This document shows, one piece after another, positions 27,594-38,923 of a stretch of 64,000 bases of DNA (positions are counted from its first letter, which is position 1; the number at the start of each line of letters is the position of its first letter). The notes below the pieces were generated by a model. It ran no database searches. It was not told the origin of the DNA and worked only from the letters and a program-made list of their open reading frames with translations. This DNA is from an uncultured Gemmatimonadales bacterium (GTDB lineage Bacteria; Gemmatimonadota; Gemmatimonadetes; Gemmatimonadales; Gemmatimonadaceae), in contig CAWBZV010000010.1 of NCBI GenBank assembly GCA_963793305.1, positions 32,001 to 96,000 on the forward strand. Direction: 5' to 3'. The position numbers and the translations under genes are program-made.

Positions 27594-29001
27594 ATGAGCG
27601 CCTGGATTCCACCGCCGCTGGCGACTGACCGGCCGGCCTACCTCGGGATCGCTGACGCGATCGGCGATGCCATCGCCGCGGGAACGCTCGCCGGCGGCCA
27701 ACGCTTGCCCACCGTTCGCGAGCTCGCGACGCATCTCGGCATCGCGACCGCGACGGCATTGCGAGGATACGCCGAGGCGGAGCAGCGCGGGCTCACGACC
27801 GGGACCGTGGGACGCGGGAGCTTCGTGCGGCCCGCGGAAGAGATCCAAGCCGCTTGGCGCGCGCCGTTTTCGATGCGCGGGTTCGTCGCGCCCGGCGTCT
27901 ACGATCTCCGATCGCGGGTCGTGCCCGGGCCCCCGGCGTGGGCGACGCCAGAGGGCTTTCGCGAGTTGCTCCCGGCACCGAGGCATCAGGCAGCCCTGCT
28001 CAGCGTCGCGTACACGCTCACCGACGGCACCGACCCGTGGATGCTGCGCGAAGCCGGCGTCCAATGGGCCGAGCGGTGCGGCGTGCGACTCACGCCGGAA
28101 CATGTGCTGATCGCCGCCGGCGGCCAGCATGCGGTCGCGGCCGCCCTCTCCGCGGTCAGCCCCACGCGCGCACCGGTCGTCGTTCCAGCGCTCGCCAACT
28201 CGGGCGCGCTCATTGCGGCGCACCGACTCGGCATCCCGCTCGTACCAGTGCGCGCCGATGCACACGGGTTCGACGCGAGGCATCTCGGAGCGCGTCTGTC
28301 GTTCGGCGCATCCATGCGCCATTTACTGCGCGCCGGCCTCCGGCAATCCGATGCCCTCGGCGATGTCGACGGATCGCCGCGCTGCCCTCGTGCACATCGC
28401 GACACAGCACAAGCTGTGGATCATCGAGGACGACGAGGCGGGAGTCATCGTCCAGCGCGACGCCCCGGCGCTCGCCACGCTGCTTCCGCGGCAGACGCTG
28501 TGGCTCGGCAGCGTCGCCCAATCGCTGGGATTCGGGTTTCGCCTGGCGTTCGTCGGAGCGCCGCCGGCGCTCGCGGCGCCGATGCAGGAAGCGTTGCGCG
28601 CGTTCGCGTGGACGGCGGCGACACCCGGCGCGTTGTTGGCCGCGCGCTGGCTCGCCGATGGCACGATCGAACGCGTCATTCGCCTGCGCCGCGCGGCCAT
28701 CGCGCGACGGCTCGCGGTCGTCACGCGCGCCCTCGGCCGGCGACGATACGTGATGATGCGGGGCGTGCCATACGTGTGGCTCGAGGTCCCACCGGGGTGG
28801 CGCGCCGACACGTTGCACGCCGCGCTCCTTGCGGCCGGCGTCTCCGTCGCGCCGTGCGCGCAGTTCACGGCCGGTGCGGTCCGCCCGCCACAGGGAGTCC
28901 GGCTGTCCGCCGGCGCGCTGTTGTCGATCGGCCAGTATGCCGACGCGCTGCGCCGGGTCGCCAACGTCTGTGCGCACCCATCGCGAGCCCGGTTACTTTG
29001 A
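27594..29001 (+). CDS. GntR/MocR-family regulator (HTH + aminotransferase-like), apparent +1 frameshift near 28287
   Basis: GQRLPTVRELA..GLTTGTVGRGSFV; continues in the other frame ERVCR..WIIEDD..GFRLAF..VRLS. Confidence 0.85.
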
Positions 29002-29005
29002 ATCC

Positions 29006-29920
29006 GTGACGACGCGCGTGTGGTACCTCGTCGTGTGGTGCGCGTTGGGCATACGCGTTCCGCCACCAGACCGCCAAGTGGCCATCACGATCGACGACCT
29101 GCCTTATGCGACTGTCGGCGATCGAGCGACGGATGCGTCGGACTTCCGGCGCGCCGACTCCGTCAACCGCGCCATCGTCGCGACGCTCGTCCGACGGCAC
29201 GTTCCCGCGACTGGCTTCGTCAACCAAGCCCGCGCGGAAGGCCTCGGCGACACATTGGGCGTCAAGATCCTGAAACGATGGACCGATGCCGGTCTCGACC
29301 TCGGCAACCATACGTACTCGCACCCCGACCTGAATCAACTCTCGGCCGATCGCTTCGAGGACGAGATCGTTCGCGGAGAAGCGGCGATTCGGCCGGTCCG
29401 ATACTTTCGCTTCCCGTTCAATCACACCGGAGACACCAAGGAGAAGCACGACCGCATCGCGGCATTTCTGTCGCGACGCGGGTATCGAGTGGCCACCTGC
29501 ACGATCGAGAACGATGACTGGGTGTTCAACGCCGCGTACGTGCGGATGCTGGCTCGCGGTGATACGGCATCCGCCGCACGCGTGCGAGCGCAGTACCTGG
29601 CATACACGGCGGCGAAGATTGCGTACTTCGGGAACCTGAGCCGGCAGGTGCTGGGTTACGAGCAACCGCAGGTCATGCTACTCCACGCGAACGACCTGAA
29701 TGCCGCCATGCTCGACAGCGTCCTCACGCTGTTCGAGCGGGAGCGCTATCGGTTCGTCTCACTCGATGCCGCGCAGTCCGATCCGGCGTATCAGATTCCC
29801 GATACGGTGATTACGCCGGACGGTCCGATGTGGGGATATCGGTGGGCCCGAGCGCGGCACATCACGGTGAATGGGGCGCTCGAGCCCGAGATTCACGGAG
29901 AGATCCCGAGCTCGCGATAG
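29006..29920 (+). CDS. polysaccharide deacetylase (CE4)
   Basis: AITIDDLP, GNHTYSHPDL, YFRFPF, LLHAN. Confidence 0.9.
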   Translation: MTTRVWYLVVWCALGIRVPPPDRQVAITIDDLPYATVGDRATDASDFRRADSVNRAIVATLVRRHVPATGFVNQARAEGLGDTLGVKILKRWTDAGLDLGNHTYSHPDLNQLSADRFEDEIVRGEAAIRPVRYFRFPFNHTGDTKEKHDRIAAFLSRRGYRVATCTIENDDWVFNAAYVRMLARGDTASAARVRAQYLAYTAAKIAYFGNLSRQVLGYEQPQVMLLHANDLNAAMLDSVLTLFERERYRFVSLDAAQSDPAYQIPDTVITPDGPMWGYRWARARHITVNGALEPEIHGEIPSSR

Positions 29921-31878
29921 AGCTCGGCGCTCCGATAGAGCACGCCCCCGCGCACCGTCAACTCGACCTTGCGGATATCGCTGATGGTGGTCGTCGGATC
30001 GCCATCGACGAGAATCACATCCGCCTGTTTGCCCTCGTCGATCGATCCTCGCTCTCCGTCGTGCTTCATGATGCGCGCGGCCCCGATCGTCGCGATCTGA
30101 AGCACCGCCGGCGCCGGTATCCCGGCCTGCACATACAGCTCCAGCTCGCGATGCAGCAGGAACCCCGCGAACCCATCGGTCCCCGCGACGATCGGCACGC
30201 CCGCGCGATAGAGCTCGCCCACCATTCGAATCATGGCCGCATACGAATCGCGGTACCGCTGATCCATGCCCGGCGGCACGGGGAGGCCGCCGCCATAGAG
30301 GCCGCGCCGCACCTGGGCCGGCAATCGGTCGGCGATCATCCCGAAGCTCGCCGATATCGTTCGCGGGCGGCCGACGAACATATCCTCGAATGTGCCGACG
30401 GTCGGATCGATGTCCGCGTGATGGTCCTTGAGCAACTGAAAGAAGTCGCGCACGCGCTGCGACTGGAAGTCCAGCGAGGCGCCATCCTGGGCCACGGCGG
30501 TGAAGCGCGACATGGCCCGCGTGTCGCGGACCGTATCCATGAAGTTCAGCATCATGAAGTTGACGTGCTGGACTTCGTTGAACCCGAGCGTCACGACCTG
30601 CGCGGCCGTCATGAACGCCGGGACGTGACCGCTGACTCTGAGCCCATGCTTGTGGGCCTCGTCGATGATCGCCGGCACCAGCTCGGGTTTCATCGAGCTG
30701 TACACCTTGATCTGCTCGAAGCCGAGCGCCGCATACCGATCGACGTCCGCTCTCACCTCGGCTTCGTTCGACGCGAGCAGCCCGATCGGCACCTGGTACG
30801 GCCCCGGCGAATCGATCATGCCCGCCAGCACGAGCCTCGGTCCGATCGCCGTCCCGTCATCAAATTGCTTTCTCAAACGCAGAACGACCGACGTGTCGTT
30901 CCCCATGTCGCGCCCGGTCGTGACGCCGGCGGCGATGTGCAGGAGGCCGTCGGAGCCGGGTGCGATATGCACGTGCATATCCCAGAGGCCCGGGAGCAAC
31001 GTCTTTCCCGTCGCGTCGATGATCGTCGCGCCAGCGGGCGGCGTCACCTGGGCATCGTCCGCCACGCGCTCGATCTTGTCGCCACGAATGACCACCGTCA
31101 TGTGCGGTCGTATCGTCGCCGTGGTGGCGTCGAACATCGCCGCGTGTTGGAACACGAGTACGGGCGAGTGATGCGCGAGTCGCTGAGACACGCGGGCCAT
31201 GCGGACGGTCTCGGTCGAGTCCTGCACGGCGATCATCGCCGGCACGGCTGACTCCCAGCCCAAACGAATCGTGCTGCTCCAACTCGACACGAACCCGAAG
31301 AGTTGGCCGTCCGCGTCGAGCCACACTGGACTGGGGCTGAATCCGAGCCCCGAGACGTTCCACTCGGTGACGGTCCGCGAGCGACCGTTGGTGTGCAGTG
31401 TCAGCGTGCGGACCTTCTCGATTGACGCCTCGCCCGACGGGAGCAACGGCATCCGGTGGTCGGGCGCGGCAATGAGCGCCTGTGGCAATCCCGCCGTCGG
31501 AGGGCCATCGACGTTGACGTAGAAGCCCGGACGGGCCGCGCCGCTCACATCGCCCTCGACGCTATTGACCCATCGCATCGCGTGGCCGTCGGTCGAGAAA
31601 TGTTCGTCGACCGTGTCTTTCAGATAGTTGTGGCCGACGATGGTCAGCTGTCGCGGCGCGCCATTGGCCGCGGCGAGACCGTGCTCGACGACATGCGGTC
31701 CGCGACCACGGTCATTGAACTCGTAGTCGGCCCACCACTCCGCGGATGATCCCCGAAGCGTCAGATGACCCTGGGGTCGATCCGAGAAGAGGACCGTGTA
31801 ACGCACGCTGTCCCGTGGGCTTTGCGCCGCGGCCACGACCGGGAGCACCAACGCGAGACTCCAGAGTGTCGTTTTCAT
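29893..31878 (-). CDS. secreted amidohydrolase-superfamily protein
   Basis: Signal peptide; PGLWDMHVH, IVAGTD, GSIDEGKQADVILVDGDP. Confidence 0.92.
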   Translation of the reverse strand: MKTTLWSLALVLPVVAAAQSPRDSVRYTVLFSDRPQGHLTLRGSSAEWWADYEFNDRGRGPHVVEHGLAAANGAPRQLTIVGHNYLKDTVDEHFSTDGHAMRWVNSVEGDVSGAARPGFYVNVDGPPTAGLPQALIAAPDHRMPLLPSGEASIEKVRTLTLHTNGRSRTVTEWNVSGLGFSPSPVWLDADGQLFGFVSSWSSTIRLGWESAVPAMIAVQDSTETVRMARVSQRLAHHSPVLVFQHAAMFDATTATIRPHMTVVIRGDKIERVADDAQVTPPAGATIIDATGKTLLPGLWDMHVHIAPGSDGLLHIAAGVTTGRDMGNDTSVVLRLRKQFDDGTAIGPRLVLAGMIDSPGPYQVPIGLLASNEAEVRADVDRYAALGFEQIKVYSSMKPELVPAIIDEAHKHGLRVSGHVPAFMTAAQVVTLGFNEVQHVNFMMLNFMDTVRDTRAMSRFTAVAQDGASLDFQSQRVRDFFQLLKDHHADIDPTVGTFEDMFVGRPRTISASFGMIADRLPAQVRRGLYGGGLPVPPGMDQRYRDSYAAMIRMVGELYRAGVPIVAGTDGFAGFLLHRELELYVQAGIPAPAVLQIATIGAARIMKHDGERGSIDEGKQADVILVDGDPTTTISDIRKVELTVRGGVLYRSAELYRELGISP

Positions 31879-31930
31879 CGCATAGACCGTACTCTACGCG
31901 GGCATGGCCGTCAATAACACGCTAGATCAG

Positions 31931-32314
31931 CTACCGCCTTCGCGCTGTCGCTCCCGCATGGCGAGCGAGCTCAGACATCCACGTGCGACCGCCATACACG
32001 CCCCGCAGGAGCGAGATCACGGTGAAATCCGCGTCCAGCTCGGGCCACGTCAACTCTGTGCCTTGACCCGCGATCTCTCCGCCCCGCAGCGCCTCGGGCG
32101 TCGCATCTCGGAGACCCTGCATAAGCTGTCTCGGGATCACCAACTCGGCCCGGTTGTTCATCTCGACTATGATGGTGTCACGTCGGCGATCATAGCGGAC
32201 ACTCACCGCCAAGGGCTCCGTGGCCAGGCGCTCCTCGTGCCGCCGGTACGCAGCGTCGATCTCTTCGTCAGATATCTCGACCGCGGCTTTGTGCGATTGA
32301 GAAGATGATGTCAT
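31931..32314 (-). CDS. DUF2442 domain protein (putative antitoxin)
   Basis: AVSVRYD, QGLRDAT, LTWPELDADF..LLRGVYG...WM. Confidence 0.82.
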   Translation of the reverse strand: MTSSSQSHKAAVEISDEEIDAAYRRHEERLATEPLAVSVRYDRRRDTIIVEMNNRAELVIPRQLMQGLRDATPEALRGGEIAGQGTELTWPELDADFTVISLLRGVYGGRTWMSELARHAGATARRR

Positions 32315-32373
32315 ACGTGGAACGCCTCCCACAGCGCGACGAGCGCTTCGAAATGTTCGCGGACGAGCCGCCG
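32311..32373 (-). pseudogene. C-terminal remnant of the DUF4160 partner
   Basis: RRLVREHFEALVALWEAFHV-stop with ATGA overlap onto DUF2442; in-frame TGA immediately upstream. Confidence 0.5.
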
Positions 32374-32486
32374 TCACCGTGGACGGCGTGACCGATAGCT
32401 CTCGGGTCGAGCCGAGCTTAGATAGGTCTCAGCGCCGTGGCAAGCGCGCAGTAATACACGGTGAGTCGAATCACGTGTCCGGCCGG

Positions 32487-33236
32487 CTAGCCGGCGAACC
32501 AGTGGGTCGCCTGCGTCGCGATCTCTGGCGGCACGGCGTGGCCATCGTCGAATGGGACGAACTCGACGGAGTACCCGTCGTGTGTGAGCTCGGTCGCGAG
32601 ACGCTGGCCGCATCGCGCGAACGGTAGGACCGGGTCGTTCCGGCCGTGCGAGATGAAGACACGTGGGCGGCCGTGCCGCGTGCCCGGGATCATGAACCCC
32701 GGCGAGTACGCAATGATGTGCGTGAACAAGTCGCCGTTTACGACGCCGAGAGAGAGCGAATAGGTCGCGCCGTCCGAGAAACCTGCGACCGCCACGCGAC
32801 GCGGATCGATAGCGCAGTGCTGGAACACCTGCGCGAGCGCGCGGTCCATCTGCGCACAGTCACCGGCAAACGACCGCCCGAGGATCGCATCCCACGTCCG
32901 ATCCGCCGAGCTTGGCGCGATCATGATCACGCCGGCGGCTTCCGCCGCACTTTGCATCGCGCGCAACGTGAACTCGCTGCTCTGCGTCGCACCGTGCAAC
33001 GCCAGCATCAGTGGCGCAGGTTGGGCCGGTTGGACCGTCGACGGCACGACGACGACGGTCTCGCGCCCATCGACCGTCCAGAGCACGTGGGTCCCCGGCG
33101 GCAATGGATCGGCCGGGTGGGATACCGGTCGCGCGGTCAGCCGCCCGTCGCCGGTGCTACTGGATGGCCAGAGACTCATGGCGCCGAGCGCGAGCGAGCC
33201 ATCGACGATGAACCGGCGACGGGATATCGGGAGCAC
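32487..33236 (-). CDS. Tat-exported phospholipase/carboxylesterase (alpha/beta hydrolase)
   Basis: SRRRF Tat motif; LHGA, GFSDGA, SHGRND, GH. Confidence 0.88.
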   Translation of the reverse strand: MLPISRRRFIVDGSLALGAMSLWPSSSTGDGRLTARPVSHPADPLPPGTHVLWTVDGRETVVVVPSTVQPAQPAPLMLALHGATQSSEFTLRAMQSAAEAAGVIMIAPSSADRTWDAILGRSFAGDCAQMDRALAQVFQHCAIDPRRVAVAGFSDGATYSLSLGVVNGDLFTHIIAYSPGFMIPGTRHGRPRVFISHGRNDPVLPFARCGQRLATELTHDGYSVEFVPFDDGHAVPPEIATQATHWFAG

Positions 33237-33241
33237 AGCCT

Positions 33242-33637
33242 CTACAGCTCCGCTTGCGGCCCGTGCGGCGGCGGCCCGGCGGCTTCGAGGTCGCGCCACT
33301 CCTGGTCCTCGTAGAGTCGCGATCGGGTGAGGAACCGGTAGCCCGTCGGGGCTTCCAGTGAGAATCCACCGCCACGACCGGGGACAACGTCGATCGTGAG
33401 GTGCGTGTGCCGCCAGTACTCGAACTGCTGGGCGCCGATGTAGAACGGCACGTCGGCGATCTCGCCCAGGTAGACGTCGCGATCGCCGATGCGGAAGTCG
33501 GAACGCGGGTAGCACATGGGCGAGCTCCCGTCGCAGCACCCGCCGCTCTGATGGAAGACGAGCGGCCCATGCTCCTCCCGGAGCCGCCGCAGAAGCGCGG
33601 CAGCCGCGGGAGTAACGGACACACGGGCCGGAAGCAT
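33242..33637 (-). CDS. DUF779 domain protein
   Basis: FHQSGGCCDGSSPMCYP, QFEYWRHT, GRGGGFSLE; coupled to the ALDH. Confidence 0.92.
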   Translation of the reverse strand: MLPARVSVTPAAAALLRRLREEHGPLVFHQSGGCCDGSSPMCYPRSDFRIGDRDVYLGEIADVPFYIGAQQFEYWRHTHLTIDVVPGRGGGFSLEAPTGYRFLTRSRLYEDQEWRDLEAAGPPPHGPQAEL

Positions 33638-35166
33638 CAGAAGAATCCCAGCTTCTTCGGGCTGTAGCTCACGAGCATGTTTTTGGTCTGCTGATAATGG
33701 TCGAGCATCATCTTGTGGTTCTCGCGACCGATGCCCGACTGCTTGTACCCGCCGAACGCGGCGTGCGCCGGGTAGGCATGATAGCAGTTCACCCACACGC
33801 GGCCGGCCTTGATCCCGCGACCCATGCGGTACGCCGTGTTCATGTCGCGCGTCCAGACGCCGGCCCCGAGGCCATAGAGCGTATCGTTCGCGATGGCGAG
33901 CGCGTCGTCCATGTCCTTGAAGCGCGTGACCGAGACGACCGGGCCGAAGATCTCCTCCTGGAAGATCCGCATCCGGTTGGTGCCCTCGAAGATCGTCGGC
34001 GCGACGTAGTACCCATCGCGACGGTCGCCCTCGTGAATGCGGCGCTCGCCCCCCGTGAGGATGCGAGCCCCTTCCTGCTTCCCGATATCGATATAGCTCA
34101 GGATCTTTTCCAACTGGTCGTTCGACGCTTGCGCGCCGATCATCGTCTTGGGATCGAGCGGGTCACCCTCGACGATCGCCTGCGTACGCTGCACCGCGCG
34201 TTCCATAAAGCGATCATAGATCGAGTCCTGCACGAGCGCCCGGGATGGGCACGTACAGACTTCGCCTTGATTGAGCGCGAACATGACGAACCCTTCGAGC
34301 GCCTTGTCGAAGAAATCGTCGTCCGCGCGCATCACATCGGCAAAGAAAATGTTCGGCGACTTGCCGCCGAGCTCCAGCGTGACCGGAATCAGATTCTCCG
34401 ACGCGTACTGCATGATGAGACGCCCGGTCGTGGTCTCGCCCGTGAAGGCGATCTTGGCCACGCGCGGGCTCTGCGCGAGCGGCTTGCCAGCCTCGACGCC
34501 AAAGCCTTCGACCACGTTCACGACGCCGCTCGGCAAGATGTCGGCAATGAGCTCCATAAATGCCATGATCGACACCGGCGTCTGCTCGGCCGGCTTGAGC
34601 ACGACCGTGTTCCCAGCAGCCAGCGCGGGCGCCAGCTTCCACGTCGCCATCAGCAGCGGGAAGTTCCACGGGATAATTTGTCCGACCACGCCGAGCGGCT
34701 CATGGAAGTGATAGGCAACGGTGTCGTCGTCGAGCGCGCCGATCGAGCCCTCCTGCGCCCGGATCGCGCCCGCGAAATACCGGAAGTGATCGATGGCGAG
34801 CGGCAGGTCGGCGTTCATCGTCTCGCGGATCGGCTTGCCGTTGTCGATCGTCTCGATGATCGCGATGTTCTCGAGGTTCTCCTCGAGCCGGTCGGCGATC
34901 TTGTTCAAGAGATTCGCGCGGTACGCGGGCGAGGTATGATTGAAACTCACCGCCGCCGCGTGCGCCGCATCGAGCGCGCGATCGACATCCTCGGCCGTCG
35001 AGCGCGCCACTTCGCACAGCGGCTGACCCGTGATCGGGCTCGGATTCGTGAAGTACTGCCCGCGCGCGGGCGGCACGTACTCGCCTCCGATCCAGTTGTC
35101 GTAGCGTGCGCGAATGGGAATCTTGAGGTTGGTCGCCGCTGCTGGGCGTTCGAGCGTGGTGGCCAT
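33637..35166 (-). CDS. aldB: aldehyde dehydrogenase (AldB/ExaC type)
   Basis: [49 protein letters not shown]. Confidence 0.93.
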   Translation of the reverse strand: MATTLERPAAATNLKIPIRARYDNWIGGEYVPPARGQYFTNPSPITGQPLCEVARSTAEDVDRALDAAHAAAVSFNHTSPAYRANLLNKIADRLEENLENIAIIETIDNGKPIRETMNADLPLAIDHFRYFAGAIRAQEGSIGALDDDTVAYHFHEPLGVVGQIIPWNFPLLMATWKLAPALAAGNTVVLKPAEQTPVSIMAFMELIADILPSGVVNVVEGFGVEAGKPLAQSPRVAKIAFTGETTTGRLIMQYASENLIPVTLELGGKSPNIFFADVMRADDDFFDKALEGFVMFALNQGEVCTCPSRALVQDSIYDRFMERAVQRTQAIVEGDPLDPKTMIGAQASNDQLEKILSYIDIGKQEGARILTGGERRIHEGDRRDGYYVAPTIFEGTNRMRIFQEEIFGPVVSVTRFKDMDDALAIANDTLYGLGAGVWTRDMNTAYRMGRGIKAGRVWVNCYHAYPAHAAFGGYKQSGIGRENHKMMLDHYQQTKNMLVSYSPKKLGFF

Positions 35167-35247
35167 GGACGCTCCCAGAGATAAAGAAAGGGGCGTGTAA
35201 TATGTGCGCGGGACGAGAACCGTAATAGCGGGAAAGCGGACGACCAC

Positions 35248-35264
35248 GTAGGGGAATCCCCGAC
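35248..35264. promoter_or_regulatory. 19-bp regulon palindrome, site 1 (core)
   Basis: (C)GTAGGGGAATCCCCGAC(G) between aldB and sulP. Confidence 0.65.
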
Positions 35265-35280
35265 GGCCCCGAACCGGCTC

Positions 35281-36963
35281 GTGAGCGATCGTTCCCGCTT
35301 GACCTTCGCGCCGAAACTGCTGACCACGCTTCGGGGCTACACCCGTGCCCAGCTCATCGCCGATCTGGGCGCGGGTGTCATCGTCGGGATCGTGGCGTTG
35401 CCACTGGCCATCGCCTTCGCCATCGCCAGTGGCGTCACACCGGACCGCGGACTCTACACCGCCATCATCGCCGGCTTTCTGATCTCGGCCCTGGGCGGCT
35501 CGCGCGTTCAGATCGGCGGCCCGACCGGCGCCTTCGTCGTGATCGTCTATTCGATCGTCCAACGATACGGGATCGACGGCTTGACGGTCGCGACCATCAT
35601 GGCCGGGATCATCCTCATCGCGCTCGGACTGCTCAAGCTCGGGTCGACGATACGGTTCATCCCCTTCCCGATCATTACCGGGTTCACGAGCGGGATAGCA
35701 GTCATCATCTTCTCAGGTGAGATCAAGGATCTGCTGGGCCTCCGCATGGGCGACGTCCCCGCCCATTTCCTGGAAAAGTGGCTGGCCTATAGCCAACACC
35801 TGGCATCGATCAACCCGTACGCGATCGCCGTGTCCGCCGGAACGATCGCGATCCTGATCGGTTGGCCCGCGGTCAGCCGACGTATTCCGGGCCCGTTGGT
35901 AGCATTACTCGCCGCCACCGCCGTCGCGCAGATCTTCCATCTTCCCGTCGAAACGATCGGCAGTCGATTCGGCGCGATTCGGATGTCATTCCCTCCGCTC
36001 CGCATCCCCACGGTTACGATTCGCAGCTTCGCTGAGCTCGCGCAGCCCGCGATCGCGATCGCGCTCCTGGGTGGCATCGAGTCGCTGCTGTCGGCCGTCG
36101 TCGCCGATGGCATGATCGGCGGCCAGCACCGCCCCGATACCGAGCTCATCGCCCAGGGGATCGCCAACGTGGTCACGCCATTCTTCGGCGGCATCCCCGC
36201 GACGGGCGCCATCGCCCGAACGGCGACCAACGCGAAGAACGGCGGCCGGACACCCGTCGCGGGGATGACGCACGCGGTCACGCTGCTGCTCATCACGATC
36301 TTCGTCGGCAAGTGGGCCGCGCTCGTGCCGATGGCCTGTCTCGCCGGCATCCTCACGATCGTGTGCTACCATATGAGTGAGTGGCGTACGTTCCGCGCCG
36401 AGCTCCGATCGCCGAGGAGCGACGTGGCCGTGCTGCTCGTGACCTTCGGCCTCACGGTGGTCGTATCGCTGGTCGTCGCGATCGAAGTCGGCATGGTGCT
36501 GGCGGCCTTTCTCTTCATGCGACGGATGGCCGAGGTCGCGGGGGTGAACGTCGCGCCGCTGACGGATGAGACGCCTGACGCCGATGCGATGAACGTGGCG
36601 GCGGGTCGCGGTATCCAGATCTACGAGATCAACGGCCCGTTGTTCTTTGGCGCCGCGGCCGCGTTCAAGCAAACGCTCAGCGATATCGCCAAACGACCCA
36701 ACGTCATCATCCTTCGCATGGGCCGCGTCCCCGCGATCGATGCCACGGGCCTCCGCACGCTCGCCGATATCGTGCACCGCTTCCGACGCGATGGCACGCG
36801 CGTGATCCTGTCGGAGCTGCACGCGCAACCACGACAAGCCCTCGAGCGGTCGCCGGTCATGGACGACGTCGGAGAGGAGAATATCGCCGACTCCCAGACC
36901 ACGGCCGTCCAGCTGGCGCGAGAGCAGATCGCCGTTCAGCGCGTCGTCAGCGCCACCTCGTGA
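35281..36963 (+). CDS. SulP/SLC26 anion transporter with STAS domain
   Basis: [53 protein letters not shown]. Confidence 0.95.
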   Translation: MSDRSRLTFAPKLLTTLRGYTRAQLIADLGAGVIVGIVALPLAIAFAIASGVTPDRGLYTAIIAGFLISALGGSRVQIGGPTGAFVVIVYSIVQRYGIDGLTVATIMAGIILIALGLLKLGSTIRFIPFPIITGFTSGIAVIIFSGEIKDLLGLRMGDVPAHFLEKWLAYSQHLASINPYAIAVSAGTIAILIGWPAVSRRIPGPLVALLAATAVAQIFHLPVETIGSRFGAIRMSFPPLRIPTVTIRSFAELAQPAIAIALLGGIESLLSAVVADGMIGGQHRPDTELIAQGIANVVTPFFGGIPATGAIARTATNAKNGGRTPVAGMTHAVTLLLITIFVGKWAALVPMACLAGILTIVCYHMSEWRTFRAELRSPRSDVAVLLVTFGLTVVVSLVVAIEVGMVLAAFLFMRRMAEVAGVNVAPLTDETPDADAMNVAAGRGIQIYEINGPLFFGAAAAFKQTLSDIAKRPNVIILRMGRVPAIDATGLRTLADIVHRFRRDGTRVILSELHAQPRQALERSPVMDDVGEENIADSQTTAVQLAREQIAVQRVVSATS

Positions 36964-37166
36964 GCCATTTCCTTCGGCTCCCATATGGCGACATGCCGCA
37001 TATACCGCCGTTTCACGACCGCCCAGGCCAGGTGAGCCGCATCGCTCTCGGGCCCACCGTACTGCGATGCGGCGTGGTTGAACGTCTGGCGATAGAGATC
37101 CTGCGCTCCGGGCGGTAGGTGCCGGCGCACACCGAGTGGAAGCTCCTCATTCGTCGCATACGGCAT
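36936..37166 (-). CDS. chaB: ChaB-family protein
   Basis: MPY...ELP..VR.HLP..AQDLYR.TFN.A, AWAVVKRRY. Confidence 0.88.
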   Translation of the reverse strand: MPYATNEELPLGVRRHLPPGAQDLYRQTFNHAASQYGGPESDAAHLAWAVVKRRYMRHVAIWEPKEMAHEVALTTR

Positions 37167-37213
37167 GGTTCCGTGCCTCCTCGCAGAATCGTATCAAGCA
37201 TCTGGCCGGGAGG

Positions 37214-37254
37214 TGTCACCGATTCCCCGACATGTTGTCGGCATCACCCTGACA
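37214..37254. promoter_or_regulatory. 19-bp regulon palindrome, tandem sites 2 and 3
   Basis: TGTCACCGATTCCCCGACA (37214-37232) and TGTCGGCATCACCCTGACA (37236-37254). Confidence 0.6.
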
Positions 37255-37276
37255 ATCGGCAGGTATATTCGATCCC

Positions 37277-38923
37277 ATGCGCGCACCGCCCGAGATCACG
37301 GGTTTCGCCCTGCTCGGCGACCCTCGGCGCAACAAGGAGACCGCGTTCACGTATGAGGAGCGCGAGCGCCTGGGACTCGTCGGCTTATTGCCCGAGGCGC
37401 TCGAGGACATCGACCGGCAGATGGAGCGCGTGGTCGATCACCTCGCGCAAAAGTCGACCGATCTCGAGCGCTACATCTATCTCACGAGCCTGCTCGATCG
37501 CAATGAGACCCTGTTCTACAAGGTTCTCATGTCCGACCCCGCGCGCCTCCTACCGATCATCTACGCGCCGACCGTCGGCGAGGCCTGCCTCAAGTTCAGC
37601 CACATCTATCGCCGTGCCCGGGGCATGTACATCTCGTTGCGCCACCGCGGCCGCATCCGGCAGGTGTTGGCCAACTGGCCCATCCCCGATGTCCGATGTC
37701 TCTGCGTCAGCACCGGCGGGCGCGTGCTCGGCCTGGGCGACCTCGGGGCCGATGGCATGGGCATCCCCATCGGCAAGTTGCAGCTCTATACGATCTGCGC
37801 GGCGATTCCACCCGATGCGTTGATGCCGGTGCTTCTCGACTGCGGCACCGACAATCCGCGCCTGATCGACGATCCCCTGTATGTCGGGCTCCGCGAGGCT
37901 CGACCGACCGACGACGTCCTCGATGCTTTTGTGGACGAGTTCATGGAAGCGGTCGGCGAGGTGTTCCCCCGCTGTTGCGTTCATTTTGAAGATTGGAAGG
38001 GCGCCGACGCGCTCCGACTGCTGGCCAAGTATCGGGACCGCGCGCTGTGTTATAACGATGACATTCAAGGCACCGCTGGCGTCGTGCTCGCCGGCTTGAT
38101 CTCCGCGCTGCGGATCACGGGCCGCGCGATGAGAGACCAGCGCGTGCTCCTCCTGGGCGCCGGAGCCGCCGCCATCGGCATTGCTGACCTGATCGCCTCC
38201 GCGATGATCGCGGATGGACTGTCGCCGGACATGGCTCGCGCCCGCATCGCGCTCTTCGACTTGGGCGGCCTGGTCGAGCCGTCCCGCACGAACCTCACTC
38301 CGCAGCAAGCGAGCTACGCGTGCGATCGCGCCCCGTCGACCGATCTCGTCGAGGCGATCCGATCACTTCGGCCCACGGCGCTCATCGGCGTCAGTACCAA
38401 AGGCGGCGCCTTCACTCGCGCCGTCGTCGACGCCATGTCGGCGTTGAACGAGCGGCCGATCATCTTCGCGCTCTCCAATCCCACGTCGCAGGTTGAATGC
38501 ACCGCCGAACAGGCTTACGGATGGTCTGAGGGGCGGGCCATTTACGCGGCCGGCGTTCAGTTCAGCGATGTCCATATCGGCGGACGGCGGTTCGTGCCGA
38601 GCCAAGCCAACAATATGTACATCTTCCCGGCGGTGAGCCTGGCTGTGTACGCGACACAGGCCAGGCGGATCACCGACGACGTGTTCATGGCCGCCGCGGT
38701 CGCGGTGGCCGAACAAGTGCCCGAGGAGGCACGTCGTGTGGGCATGTTATTCCCACCGCAGCGCGACATCCTGGAGACCGAAATCCGCGCCGCCATCGCC
38801 GTGGCGGAACGGATCTTCGATGCGTCGCTCGCACAGGTCGATCGACCGGCTGACCTAGCTGGATGGATCCGCGGACAACTCTATGCGCCGGCCTATCAGA
38901 ATGCGATCCAGGCGAGGAGATAG
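37277..38923 (+). CDS. maeA: NAD-dependent malic enzyme (MaeA/SfcA type)
   Basis: NKETAFT, IYAPTVGEAC, LGLGDLG, FED, NDDIQGT, GAGAA, LSNPT, QANN. Confidence 0.92.
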   Translation: MRAPPEITGFALLGDPRRNKETAFTYEERERLGLVGLLPEALEDIDRQMERVVDHLAQKSTDLERYIYLTSLLDRNETLFYKVLMSDPARLLPIIYAPTVGEACLKFSHIYRRARGMYISLRHRGRIRQVLANWPIPDVRCLCVSTGGRVLGLGDLGADGMGIPIGKLQLYTICAAIPPDALMPVLLDCGTDNPRLIDDPLYVGLREARPTDDVLDAFVDEFMEAVGEVFPRCCVHFEDWKGADALRLLAKYRDRALCYNDDIQGTAGVVLAGLISALRITGRAMRDQRVLLLGAGAAAIGIADLIASAMIADGLSPDMARARIALFDLGGLVEPSRTNLTPQQASYACDRAPSTDLVEAIRSLRPTALIGVSTKGGAFTRAVVDAMSALNERPIIFALSNPTSQVECTAEQAYGWSEGRAIYAAGVQFSDVHIGGRRFVPSQANNMYIFPAVSLAVYATQARRITDDVFMAAAVAVAEQVPEEARRVGMLFPPQRDILETEIRAAIAVAERIFDASLAQVDRPADLAGWIRGQLYAPAYQNAIQARR

